Part shown: piece by piece, positions 1 to 11,517 of the stretch | How the letters are laid out: every line of letters starts with the position of its first letter | How positions within the stretch are numbered: the first letter of the stretch is position 1 | NCBI RefSeq assembly: GCF_009834535.1 | Contig: NC_045698.1 | Location: forward strand, 5,024,001-5,088,000 | DNA: 64,000 nt | Source: Camelus ferus | Lineage: Eukaryota | Direction: 5' to 3' | Translations under genes and position numbers: made by a program | The notes under the pieces: model-generated | Told to the model about the DNA's origin: nothing | The model's input: the letters and a program-made list of their open reading frames with translations, nothing else | Database searches by the model: none

Positions 1-1100
1 CCAGTTCTCTGCTCTTACTCTTCTTAGCTACTTTCTTTATCCTTCCTTCAATTGCCTTTCAAAAAATTTTAAATATCCTTACCTGGCTAACTACTCTGGT
101 TCTAGGTCTTACGATACAAAAATTCTTGTTATTTTAACGTAGAAACTATTTTTCAGGCTTCTATGTGCCTGAAAGTTTTGCCTTTCATTGGACTCTGAGA
201 ATTGATCATGTTTAATTTTGTCCCCTAGGAAGCCAGAAGGCAGTTTTTGGTGTTTCCTTTTCTTCAATGGGAGAAACAAGAGGCAATTTGTTAAATATTT
301 GAAGCCGTTTTTCTTCATTTCCACCACTTTCACAGCATAGTATGCCCTGTCCCTCTTTGCTGGGCTGAAGTGTTGCAAGAAACTCTGCAGTGTTCTCTGT
401 GGGCCGCTGCCTGGAACTCAGGCTGCCCTGGAATGAGTTACTGCTGACGGAGCAAAGGCATCTCCAGGTTATTTTTCTGATGAGTCTTGCTGGCCTCATT
501 ATGAAGCAGAATGTGGGCTCATCTTCAAAGTTATTATGCTGGGTTTCATGGGGACTTCATCAGAGCGCTTCCCCCCGAGACGGAGAGAAAACGAAGCCAC
601 GGTGCCGGGCTGCGGATCCTTATTTCAGAAGATGTTCTCTGCCTTAGGTGCTTAACCTGCAAGATTGACTAAATCAGGGCAGCCCAGTGGGAAGCAGGGC
701 TCTGAACCCAGAACCTGGAATTGCATCATTCTCGCTACCACTGATTGTGCGGAACTCGGTGGGAATTACCCTCAACTGAAGGGAAAAAAGCCTTTTGAAA
801 TGTGTTCACACTAAGGCTGAATTTATAAATTACAATATCAGAACAAAGCTTTATAAGCCAATTTCTGTTTTATTAACTGTGTGTTATCTCAAGTCTAATC
901 CTTTCTTCCACTCCTGCTCTGCCCCTTTCTCATAACCATGTTTTACGTTGTGATTCACGGTGTTATTTTTCATCAGATACTGGGTTCATCTCCCGACATC
1001 CCTGGAGGAAGAGGGCAGCTCTCACACAAGCATTTTCAAAGTGGCCATAACCCGCTGTGTTCAGCTGGATAAAGCGCTCCCTGCTCCACAGGAGTCCCAC

Positions 1101-1556
1101 TGTTACCGAAGGCAAGTTCATGTGCCTGTGGCACCGAGAGGCCAAACAAACTGAAAGGTCAGAATTCGGAGCAGAGAGAGGTTTACTGCAGGGCTGAGCA
1201 AGGAGGACAGGGTGGCTCATGCCCCCCAAAACCCAAACTCCTCAAAGCGTTTCAGCAAAGCATATTTAATGGCTAGGTAAGGGAGGGGTTGGCAGGGTAC
1301 GTGGTCAGCTCATGCACAATTCTCCGATTTGTTGATGTTGAGGGAACAGGGTGGTCAACACTATCAACCCCCGGGCACCAGAAGGTCTGGGGGCCACATG
1401 CTCTCCATCATCAAGTAGTTAATTTCTTCCCTTTGGTGGTGGTTTTTAGCATCTGAAAAACTCAGGAAAAATACATGAGATTCTATTATTAGGGAAGAGC
1501 TGCAGCAGAGGATGTGGGGAGGGGTCTGACCCTGGAGTCCTGCGCCGTCTGATACA
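1101..1556 (-). mobile_element. Solo ERV1-class LTR
   Basis: TG...CA termini (tgttaccgaa...gataca). The 'gaggccaaacaaactgaaa...ggagcagagagaggtttactgcaggg' segment is typical of laurasiatherian ERV1 LTRs read antisense. No clean TSD. Confidence 0.7.
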
Positions 1557-1684
1557 TTTGCAACGGGAAATCGCTCCTGGCAGAGCTGAGTCTGTGTGTA
1601 GCAACTTGACTCTTTTGGCGAGTTGTTTGCTGTTCTTCCTGACCTGCCTGCAAACACCTTCAAGAAGTGGCATGTTTTCTTTCC

Positions 1685-2422
1685 TTTTTTTTTATATATA
1701 TTATTGAAGTATAGTCGGTTTACAATGTTGTATTAATTTCTGTACAGCAAAGTGATTCAGTTATACATTTATATATAATATATTCCTTTTCAGATTCCTT
1801 TTCACTGTAGGTTATTACAGGATGTTGGGGGACACTTGGCAGGGCTCATGACGTGGGTTGGCAAGGAGAATTTACCAGAAAGGGAAAAGTTGAAGAACAA
1901 AGTTTAGCAGACCCGCTGCTACAGGCAACAGTGGCCACACAGACAAGAGGAGCCCACGTGTCCAGCGAGTGTGAACGCACAGGGTCCTTTATTGGGGAAG
2001 GGGCTGTGGACACAAAGGGATGGGGGAGCAGATTTCTGATTGGCTGTAAGTGAGGAAGGGGCTTTGCTATATGGGAGGATAGTGGATTTGCGACTCCAGT
2101 GAGGTGGAGACGTGGGCTGACACAAGCAAGGCAGTGGGATTTACGACCCCAGTAAGGAGGAGACGGTGCCGAGACAAGGCAGCCTGAGCTGCGGTGCGGC
2201 TGGTCCCTCCCCAGGGCGGCTAGCTGTGCTGAGACAAACACGGTCGGAAAGGGAGTGCTTTCTGTTTTTTGAGGCTTGCAGGCGGACATCTGAGAGCCCA
2301 GGAACGGGGGTCCCAGGGCCTCGGCAGGCACCAGTTGGCACTGCACGAGGTACTGAATACAGTTCCCTGTGCTAGACGTCAGGACCTTGGTGTTTGGTTT
2401 ATATGTAGTAGTTTGTGTCTGC
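1685..2422 (-). mobile_element. L1 3'UTR fragment (artiodactyl type), split by the LTR at 1823-2345
   Basis: T-tail + attgaagtatagtc...tacagcaaagtgattcag...ggttattacag; resumes as tactgaatacagttccctgtgct. Colinear with the uninterrupted copy at 3691-3922. Confidence 0.8.
1823..2345 (-). mobile_element. Solo LTR (unclassified) inserted in the L1 3'UTR
   Basis: TG...CA ends; decayed 5-bp TSD (cagga/cgagg); minus-strand CCAAT (2039-2043) followed by an AATAAA/TATA-like box (1988-1993). Confidence 0.7.
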
Positions 2423-3690
2423 ATGTTCCTTTCTTAATGAGATCTTTGGCAGGCCCCAGTGCTCCGCAGACGCTGGGCACCTGATGGGGCGCTGGTGGGA
2501 TGAATCCTCGCCGTACTGGGAGATGAGCAGCTGTCAGTGCGGACCCCAGAGTGCGGAGCAGGCAGCAGGATGGGGTGAAGGAGGTGGGCCCTCGCTGTTC
2601 TGTGGAAGGAAGTCAGCTCTGCATCCAGGCTGCAGCTTCAGGGCCTTTACAGGAAAATTGGCAGACTTTGACTTGCATCAGCTACAGATCCAGATTCCAG
2701 CTCCTGATTTAGCCATCCCGGTGCCAGAAAGGTGCTTCTCACTCCCAACATGGAAAAACTGGCCCTGCAGGAGTCCTTTGTCCCTCTAGACGATTCACCC
2801 TTGTCAATGGCTGGATTGCAAAGACGGGCCAGCCTGAATCATGGGCCCCCTCACAGCCACGGGATCAGAGCATGGCATCTTTCAACAGGACCCCCAGCTG
2901 GGAGATGGGGGGCCCTCCAAGAAATGGAGTTGGGAGCAGACAAGCCTCAGATGCAACCGCGGTTCTCATGCCCAATTCTACGCTCTCTGTGGTCTGAACT
3001 CCCCTCTTCCCCAGAGCCCCTAACCTGGGCTGTCTGTTCCAATCAGAACAGCCTCTTGTGGGTGCTCCTTCCTCATCAGACACCCCAAGCTCACATCAGG
3101 TCCCCTAACTCACGATTTTGCTCATTACCCTCCTGCTCAGCTGTGTTGCCCTGGTATCTGACTCTCTGACCTGGACCTAGTCAGTCCGAGTCAAAATTCA
3201 GTCTTTTCCAAGACACCTTGAAAAGAGTGAACTCTGTTTTAAATGATGGAAGTCATCAAATGACCTCTTATGTGACAACCTGCTTTGTCACAGTGGGACC
3301 CAGACTCCCCAGGCAGACAGAAGAGCCGTAGCCCTGACCTCCTGGGTGTGAGGGAAGAGACAGAGCCCTGGTCCCGGGGTTCCTGGTGCCCACACCACCC
3401 CAGCAGGCTGAGCAGCTGAGTGTTGACCTCTGCTTCCCGGACCCCAAACAATATTCGTGACCACTTGCATTGTCAGAAGTATCCAAATTGTCTTGTCAAG
3501 TTAATTTTGCTTCTTTTTTGAAAGAATTTTTTTTGACAATTCATTCTTTTACTTTTTTCAATGCTTAGTAAATGTCCACTTGTTGAGTAGCAGTGACACA
3601 GGGATTCTGGCTACACATCAGAGAAGAGAAAGCCATGGCTTTTATCCTTGAAACTTTAAATTAAGAAACAGCTGATTAAAACAGCCTCAA

Positions 3691-3922
3691 TATTTTTTTT
3701 TGAATTTTTTTTGAATTTTATTTTTCATTGAAGTGTGGTTGATTTACAATGTTAGTTTCAGGTGTACAGCAAAGTGATTGGTATATACATACTTTTTTTC
3801 AGATTCTTTTCCATTATAGCTTATTACAAGGTATTGAATATAGTTCCCTGTGCTGTATAGTAGGTCCTTGGTTTTTTTTAAATCTATTTTATATATAGTA
3901 ACGTGTACCTGTTAATCCCAAA
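3691..3922 (-). mobile_element. 5'-truncated L1 3'UTR with decayed TSD
   Basis: Same L1 tail sequence as at 1685; flanks gcctcaatattttt / gcctaaatattttt. Confidence 0.85.
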
Positions 3923-4461
3923 ATGGCCTAAATATTTTTTTAAAATTTTTTTAAAGCTCTACTTTGTACTGAAGCTGAGCAAAGCAAGAAACTAGTCCCC
4001 TGGTACATAAAAATGTAGGTGGAAATAGGGAGTGATGTAAGCAAAAAAAAAACAATCCTGCAAACCCACACTGGCTCAGTGGCTCAACCCCATGCAAAAC
4101 AGCCCTCTGCTCACGGGAGATGGAGTCCCAGTGTCCTTGGCCATGAATTCAGGGCCGTGCACAGAAAAGCCACGAGTGGCCCTGAGCAGCTCTGCTGCAT
4201 TTGCACAGAACAAAAATGCCTTTCATCTTAGCCTCTCACACACAGGAATCCTTGTCAGTTCCTCATGATGAGTTACTGCTTTTGAGTAGAAATAATAAGC
4301 TTTGGATTCAACCACGTAAGTGTTCTGGGAACATCTTGTGTGTGTGACACTTGCTTGTCCTGCGGGCAGAGCCCAGATAAGGTTTCCTGTCCTCCTGGAG
4401 CTCATGGGCCAGTGTGGGCAGATTAGCAAGGGTCTTAAAGGACAGAGAAAAGCTCACGCTG

Positions 4462-4926
4462 TGTGGCAGGAGGAATGAGGGCCCCCAAAGACTGCCACAT
4501 CCTGATTTCTAGATCCCATGAACGTTAGCTTACATGACAAAGTGGGCATTGTAGACGTGATTAAGGATCTTGGTATAAGATGTCCCCGGGCTCTCCAGGT
4601 GAGCCTGCAGTGCTCACAGGTGTCTTTGGAGAGTTGATTACAGATGAGAAGAAGGTGTTGTGGTGTCATGGGGAGCAGGGGGAGAAAGGCAGGTGAGGCA
4701 GGGCCGTAAGCTAAGGAATGAGAATGGCCTTCACAAGACAGACAGCACCGGGGACGGATTCTCCCTCAGAGCCTCCAGGAGGAGTCAGCCCACGGACACA
4801 CTCACTTTAGCTCCATAGAATTCATTTTGGATCTCTGACCTCCAGAACTTTCAGGGGATAACTGTGTGCTGTTCTAAGTCACCAGCGTTGTGGCAGTTTG
4901 TTCAGCAGCCCTAAGAAGCTGACACA
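4462..4926 (+). mobile_element. MaLR LTR (MLT1C/D-like)
   Basis: tgtggcagg...ggcccccaaaga...gagcctccagga...ctgacctccagaact...tttgttcagcagcc...gacaca. Confidence 0.85.
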
Positions 4927-5133
4927 GGGAGTTCACATGAAAAGCAGCTCCACCCGCCTGGGACAAGGTGTCAGGAAGGATTCCTGGGGCATGAGCTTCA
5001 ATTTGTGACAAGGTGGTGGTGGGCAGAGCAGTAATTTACACTCAACCGTCTGTCCTTCTAAGGAGAGAGTTTGTAGGCTCTACGCCAGGCTGGAGCCTCC
5101 TTTGACTGAGTTTCCACAGTCAGTATTGACTCC

Positions 5134-5275
5134 TTACTGAGCTAAACGCATCCCGGGCACTCTGTCATTTAGGACCCCTTTCCACCATTCTGTGAGGTAG
5201 GCATCACAGTCACCCTGTTCTCAATAAAGAAACTGAAGCCGTTAGTGGGCACAGAACTTCCCAATGCCACGTGGT
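5134..5275 (-). mobile_element. MIR fragment
   Basis: tgtgaggtaggcat...aagaaactgaagc core similarity. Confidence 0.55.
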
Positions 5276-5299
5276 TTAATGGAAGCAGCCATCCTCTTT

Positions 5300-5660
5300 G
5301 GCAACGAGGCATTCCCAGCTCCTGGGCTCACTGCCAGGCAGACAGCCCTCCATTGTCAGTCTTCTTGGGTGATTGCCTGGGTCGAAAAATTGCCTTCCTT
5401 CTAAAGGCTGCCACATTCCATGAGAGATCAAACTAGGGGAATAAAGGCATGGCCCCTTCTCCCCACCTTGTCTCTGGAACATCCTAGAAGTTCTGCTGAG
5501 GACCTTGTGAGTTCTGCATTACAGGTCAGCTTCTCTCTCTGTCCAGTCCTTCCTCCTCCCTCTCACTCCCCTAGGTGTCAATCCCCCAAAGTCCCTAATA
5601 AAGGTCTCCTGCACGAATCTCCATCTCAGAGTCCACATCCTAAAGAATCAACCTGTAACA
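5300..5660 (+). mobile_element. ERVL LTR (LTR16-like)
   Basis: 3' end ccctaataaaggtctcctgcacgaatctccatctcagagtc...acctgtaaca is typical of LTR16; 5' boundary uncertain. Confidence 0.65.
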
Positions 5661-6952
5661 CACAGCCAGTAAATGATGTGTGATAATGAATTCAGGATTC
5701 TGCTCTGGCACCTGCACCCTTTCTGCTTCAATCCAGGGCTCCCTGATGATATATACCCTCTAGGACGGAATCTTTACCTTTTCCATGGAGCGGGGAGAGA
5801 GGTGCTGGTGACAGAGAGCTTGTGCTGGGGGAGAAACCTGCAAATCAAGGTTCCTCCAGAAGATGGACGACACATCTTCCAACTCCCTTCTCTGCTGATG
5901 GATACTTGTTACTTGGCGCCTGGCTCTACAGCTTATATTAAAATTATGCTGAACAGACAGCACGCGCTCACCTCTCCCCACAGCTACGCTCTGCCTGCTG
6001 GTGGCTGCAGCGGCTCAGTTACTGCTGGCAGCAAGCGACCCCGAGAATTACCCATCGGGAGAAAGTGGCTTCTTGGAGCTGACAGCACATTTTTTTTGGA
6101 GCTGGAAAATGGCTCTGAAGCCATTTACATTTAAAGACGTGTCACTTCTAATTCTGGGCTTGTTCGTCGATGTGACTCCAGCGCGCAGAAGGATTGGCTT
6201 CAAGGATGTAAAACCTTCACCGACTACTTACCAAACATGACCGATGATTAGCGATTCGTTACAACATTCTTCCCCCAAAGCTGTGGCAGATCCTCTTTTA
6301 TCCCACTGAAGAGCGTTCGCTCTCAAAGGGCCAGAAGGGCCTCGTCACAAAACCGCCTCACCCTGCGTGAGTGTCCCGTTGTGTGCACGACAGCTGCATG
6401 ATCCAGGCATCTCCCCTCGGCTACGCCATAGGGAGGAAAGTATGTCAGACATTTTTTAAAGCGCTGGAAGGCCTGTATCTTGTCTCACCAGAATGCCAAG
6501 ATGTGCTTTACATTTTGAGATGGAGGTTTTGCCTAACAATTCTCTCTAAACCTTTTTTCCCCCCAAATATCTTTAAAGACACCAGAAAACTCATAACAAG
6601 ATGAAAACCTCACGACAGTGCTAATGCAGACAGTCTCATGGCCAAATCCTTGGGGATGTCGCATTAACTTGAAGGCCCCTTGTCACTGCAGTCTCAGCCC
6701 CCACTCTGTGACACTGAGAACGCTTAGAAAAGCTTAGAGCCATTCCCCGCCCCTGCCGCTGCCCCCACCAGACCTCACAGGACCCACTGCTCGCAGGCGA
6801 CCAGAGTGGACAACCTGGCAGAGGACAGGAGCAGCCCAGAGTCAAGGGCGGTGGGCAGGGGTGGCGGCGAGAATGGCATCGGTGAGGTGATCAGACACTC
6901 AGCCTAGGAGAGGCGCTGCCTTGGCCACGGAGATCAGGAGACGGGCAACAGC

Positions 6953-7412
6953 CGTTACTGAGTCCAGACTTGTTCTGCTCACCGCACAACAGGCCAGTAA
7001 ATCGGCAGACAAGGTGTTGGGGCAAGGGATAACGACTTTACTCCGAAAGCCAGCAGATCGAGAAGATGGCGGACTGATGTCCTGGAGAACCGTCCCCAGG
7101 TCAGAATTCAAGCTTCCTTTATGCTAAAAGGGGAGAGGGTGTCATTGGTTAGTGCAAACTTCTTGGTGTCAGAATCCTGCCCACATGGGTCAGGTCATGA
7201 TGTTCCTGTAAATCTCCAAAAAAAACAAATGTTATCCTGTGTTCTGCCACTTTTCATCTCTATATGAATGGGAGAATGTTACAGCCTTAGCGGTCAGAGC
7301 CTTGAGAATGGGCTCTCCTGTATATTTTAGGCTGTAGGCAACACTCTTTTACAAAAGGTGCAGAACTAGCATGACGAAGCATGGAAAACAGAACACAGGG
7401 TTAGGGCTAAAG
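6953..7412 (-). mobile_element. ERV1-class LTR
   Basis: gttactgagtccagacttgttctgctcaccgcacaacaggccagtaaatc...ttggggcaagggataacgactttactccgaaagccagcagatcgagaagatggcggac, a typical laurasiatherian ERV1 LTR end read antisense. Confidence 0.7.
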
Positions 7413-8282
7413 GATGCTGTGTAAGCACAATTCTGGTGCTGCTTCAGGTGACCCAGAGACAATGCCATTTGAGGGGGCAGACAGGAGACGCTGAGGTTCA
7501 GGGACCTGATGTGGCTGGCCTGTGGTCATCCTGCTAGTAAATGGTGACATTCAGAACTAAAGCAGAGCCACGTGACCATGTAAGTGTTCTGCTTTGGGGA
7601 AAATGGGGCTGTTTAGAATTCTGTAAGATTATCAGACAACGACGAGACAGGGCTGTGAATCAGAGCTCCTTCCCGGGGCCGGGCGGAGCGAGTGAGGGCA
7701 CGTGCAGGCACACAGCAGGCCTGGACGCCGTGAGCGCCGTGGAGGAGTGGTGACTGCTGTTCCCTGGGTTTGCTGATTTTTATTACTCTTGTCTTCTCAT
7801 CACTCCTCTGTGCTCCTGAAATTGCAGTGAAGTAGCCCCCCACAGCGCCTGCTTTAGCCCAGAGCCCGCCCTCCTGTTTCCGCCCCGTGGGGGCATCAGC
7901 AGAAGGCTCTGTGATCGGGGTTTTATAACCGAAGAGACAGTTAGTGAAAGGAACAGACTTCTCTCTGTTGCATGACATGACTAACTTCAACGGGATTTAT
8001 TTGCCATTGAACAAGTCGCTGAAAAATAATGACCAATAAAACTAACTGAACGGTTATTTCACTTGAAAAGAAAATCAACAAGGCTTGATCCATCTGAATT
8101 TCAAATGAAGTCATAACCGCTCTTCGCCGAGACGACTCCAGTGACTTAATACCCTGCGCCAGCCCTGAACAGATAAATCTAAGGGCTGAAGCTGGAGATT
8201 AAGAAAGAGCTTTTCTCCAAGCAAGAAAATTGTACAAGCGATCCAGGGCTGTCAGTCAGTGAAACAAATTAACAATCAGGAG

Positions 8283-8480
8283 CCTGGACTCAGGAGCCGG
8301 TCTGCCTTGAATCCAGGTCCCTGCCATTGGCTCTGGGGTCTCGCATGATTCACTGACTCTCCTTAGGCCTCAGACGAGGTGTCTGACAACAGCACCTCCT
8401 TCGCTGGGTCGTCGGGCAGATGGTGTACGTTAACACATGTCAAGCGTGCCTATCATGGAATCAGCAGTTGGTAAGTGTTG
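8283..8480 (+). mobile_element. MIR fragment
   Basis: ggagcc...ttgaatccagg...tcactgactctccttaggcctcag... Confidence 0.5.
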
Positions 8481-9119
8481 ATGGTAATATTATTATGCAG
8501 AAACTTTGCAAACTGCTAACCTTGTTTTTCAAATGGCTATTCTTATAAACACATTTTTTTTTCTATATATACTCCTTAGTAGAAAGAACTGAGGTGTGAA
8601 CTGGGGAAGTCTCCACAGCAAGCCCGTCGCATCCCCGACTTCGTTCATGCTCCTCATGGCCCCCGACCACTGCCCAGATGGAGGAGTAGGGAGAACAGAA
8701 GAGGAACCCCCACCCCAACCCTGATGCTGCTGCTCAGGGAGCTGGCCCCCTAGGGCTGCAGCCGTATGGCTCCTCTGAGCTCTGCGCTGAGCAATGAAAC
8801 TGAGCGCTCCGAGGACAGAAGCCCAGGACTGGGAATCCGAAGATGAGAAAGGGATCGCCCGTACCTTCTCTCCAATCAATTATTTAACACAAAGTCTATC
8901 AGGAAATCTAGGTGTACATACCCTTAAAGAGGACGTACTCAACTTACCAAACAGAGTATCAAATGTCCACTAAGTTCTTTCTAAAAGATGAAGTGTTTCT
9001 AGTGTCTTTGGTGTCTGATGTATGAGTTAACAAAGCATTGCTTTAGACTATGTGCGGAGAGCTGCTAAGGAAACAGATGTGGGAAAGGGGTTAATAAAAG
9101 TGTTTAAGAATGGGGAGGT

Positions 9120-9277
9120 GGGCAGGGGATGGCTCAGTGGTAGAGTGAGTGCTTAGCACGCACGAGGTCCTGGGTTCAACCCCCGGGCCCTCCATTAAAA
9201 AAAAAAATCAGTCAATCAATCAATCAATCAATCAATCAAATTACCTCCCAGCAACTGGAGAAAAAGAATTTAAAAAA
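9120..9277 (+). mobile_element. vic-1-like camelid SINE (tRNA-Ala derived) with internal (TCAA)n
   Basis: Head tggctcagtggtagagtgagtgcttagcacgcacgaggtcctgggttcaaccccc has A and B boxes and resembles tRNA-Ala(AGC); followed by an A-rich part and the aattacctccc tail motif shared with the other copies. Confidence 0.85.
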
Positions 9278-9572
9278 CATTTTGAGCACTAAAGTCCACA
9301 TTCTGGAAGTTTTATACAGTCCTTGTTTAAACTCCACAGTAGGTTTCGTATCCATTTTAAGGAAAGGGTATAGATGCTCAGAATAATCGACTAATTTGGC
9401 CCGTATTACACAGCCAAAGTGGAAGTCTGGGTTCCAGGCCTCTGTGCCCTTGGCCCCATCCCGGGCTCTCCTGCCCCCACAGGCCCTCCCACTGAGCGTC
9501 TGGAGCCTGTCCTCAGGGGCAGCAGGCCTTCACTGTAACTGTCTTGCATGTCATTTTTATGACCTCTATTTA

Positions 9573-10211
9573 TTTTTTTAACATTTTTATTGATTTATAA
9601 TCATTTTACAATGTTGTGTCAAATTCCAGTGTAGAGCACAATTTTTCAGTCACACATGAACATATATATATTCATTGTCACATTTTTTTCTCTGTGAGCT
9701 ACCATAAGATCTTGTGTATATTTCCCTGTGCTATACAGTATAATCTTGTTTATCTAGTCTACAATTTTGAAATCCCATCTATCCCTTCCCACCCTCCGCC
9801 CTCTTGGCAACCACAAGCTTGTATGCTATGTCTGTGAGTCTGTTTCTGTTTTGTATTCATGCTTTGTTTTTTGTTTTTGTTTTTGTTTTTTAGATTCCAC
9901 ATATAAGCAATCTCATATGGTATTTTTCCTTCTGTTTCTGGCTCACTTCACTTAGAATGACATTCTCCAGGAGCATCCATGTTGCTGCAAACGGCGTTAT
10001 GTTGTCGGTTTTTATGGCTGCATAGTATTCCATTGTATAAATATACCACATCTTCTTTATCCAGTCATCGGTTGATGGACATTTAGGCTGTTTCAATGTC
10101 TTGGCTGTTGTAAATAGTGCTGCTATGAGCATTGGGGTACAGGTGTCATCCTGAAGTAGGGTTCCTTCTGGATATAAGCCCAGGAGAGGGATTCCTGGGT
10201 CATATGGTAAG
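9573..10211 (-). mobile_element. Relatively young 5'-truncated L1 (ORF2 C-terminus + 3'UTR) with 15-bp TSD
   Basis: Open frame LPYDPGIPLLGLYP...CTPMLIAALFTTAKTLKQPKCPSTDDWIKKMWYIYTMEYY (L1 ORF2 C-term). TSD ttatgacctct(a/c)ttt at 9557-9571 and 10212-10226. Confidence 0.95.
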
Positions 10212-10848
10212 TTATGACCTCTCTTTAAATTGCAATCCAATGAACAGCCTTTGAGTGTCTCTAGCGCCTACCGGGTTCCAAGTAGACCCCTTGCCCTGGC
10301 AGCTCTGCTGTGTCTGGGGCAGCTCCATGGATGTTGGAACCAAGCTTCAACATCTTTCTCCTACTGTGCAATCAAAATTCTCTGCACACTTTGTAATGTG
10401 TTAGTCTTCTCAATGGAGCCTACAGAGATGGGAAACCAGCGGGTAAAACCACATCTGAGTTTAGTTGTTTTTTTTAGAGCAGGAGAGGGAGTAAGCCATC
10501 TCTTACTGTCTACCTCCCATTTAAGCCCTGCTTCGCCTTTTAAAATTTTATAAAACAAGCAGCCAACTCCACTTGCTTTCTTTTTTGGACCCAGAGTTCC
10601 TTAGATCTGTTCCCTCTCCCACCACAGGAGTCAGGTTTCATCTTCCCCTGTGCTCCTCCGTCCAGAAATTGAAGGGCAGGCACCTGCTTTTCTTTCTGTG
10701 CGGATGCTGAAGTCTGCCCAGCTGAATCATGTTTGAAAGCTTCATTATTCCTTTTTGGCATAATAAGGGCCTTAGATTGAAACAGAATATCTAATTGCAC
10801 TGGAAGGGGAAATATCTGCATTCATTTATAAAACATCTTCCTGGTAGC

Positions 10849-10850
<2 letters not shown>

Positions 10851-10893
<43 letters not shown>

Positions 10894-11049
10894 ACATTCT
10901 GCTCAATGAACTAGAGCCCTCCCAGATTCACTCCCATCATTGCAGAAATTGTAAAGATAACACACACACACACACATACATTCTGCTTAATGAACTAGAG
11001 CCCTCCCAGATTCACTCCCATCATTGCAGAAATACTAAAGGTAACACAC
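10851..11049. repeat. (CA)n microsatellite plus 84-bp-period tandem duplication
   Basis: 64-bp unique unit at 10897-10960 and 10981-11044 (60/64 identical), each preceded by a CA tract. Confidence 0.95.
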
Positions 11050-11507
11050 TGGGGCCAAGAGAGTTGGGAAGCCAGGGATAGGCAGCTTTTTTGTTCTTGT
11101 TTCCTAACTAGTGTTAGAATAAAAAAACTCTTGGAGGGCTGAGCGGACGGCAGGGGCCAGCTCCAGTGAAGGCATGCTGGAAGATTCATTAGAGAGCCAG
11201 CAGGGGCCAGAGCAAAACCTCACTTAAGTAATTGCAAGGCACTAAAGAGATTTGCAATTTCTTTTCATTTTCTTCTTCCAAGTTTTAGGATCGAAGCGGA
11301 GGCATCAGGCCTCCAGGGAAGATCAAAACAGGGCCCAGCTGAGGGCGAGTGAGGATTCCAGGTGATGATCAGAGCAAAGCAAGGTCTGAGCAGTAAACAG
11401 TGGGGTTGCCTTAACTCTCCCCAGGTGAGCTTGTGATCAGTCAGGAGCTACTGGCCTCTCCTTTAATTTAATCTTCAGCTAGCCCTACTGAGGACAGTTC
11501 ACCCAAC

Positions 11508-11517
11508 GTTACGTAAC
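11508..11517. promoter_or_regulatory. Candidate PAR-bZIP/NFIL3 D-box
   Basis: Perfect palindrome GTTACGTAAC (RTTAYGTAAY consensus). Confidence 0.4.

Noticed and set aside
1846..2424. 192-aa ORF, and similar ORFs at 14486..15004 and 38533..39057
   Set aside because: No recognisable protein similarity or exon structure; the first overlaps LTR/L1 sequence.
9123..9194. Apparent tRNA-Ala(AGC) gene (also at 37838-37910 and 38044-38116)
   Set aside because: The acceptor stem is broken in the copy examined, and all copies carry the shared SINE tail; they are SINE heads, not tRNA genes.
9890..10240. 116-aa ORF as a host gene
   Set aside because: It is the ORF2 C-terminus of a 5'-truncated L1; the start codon lies outside the element.
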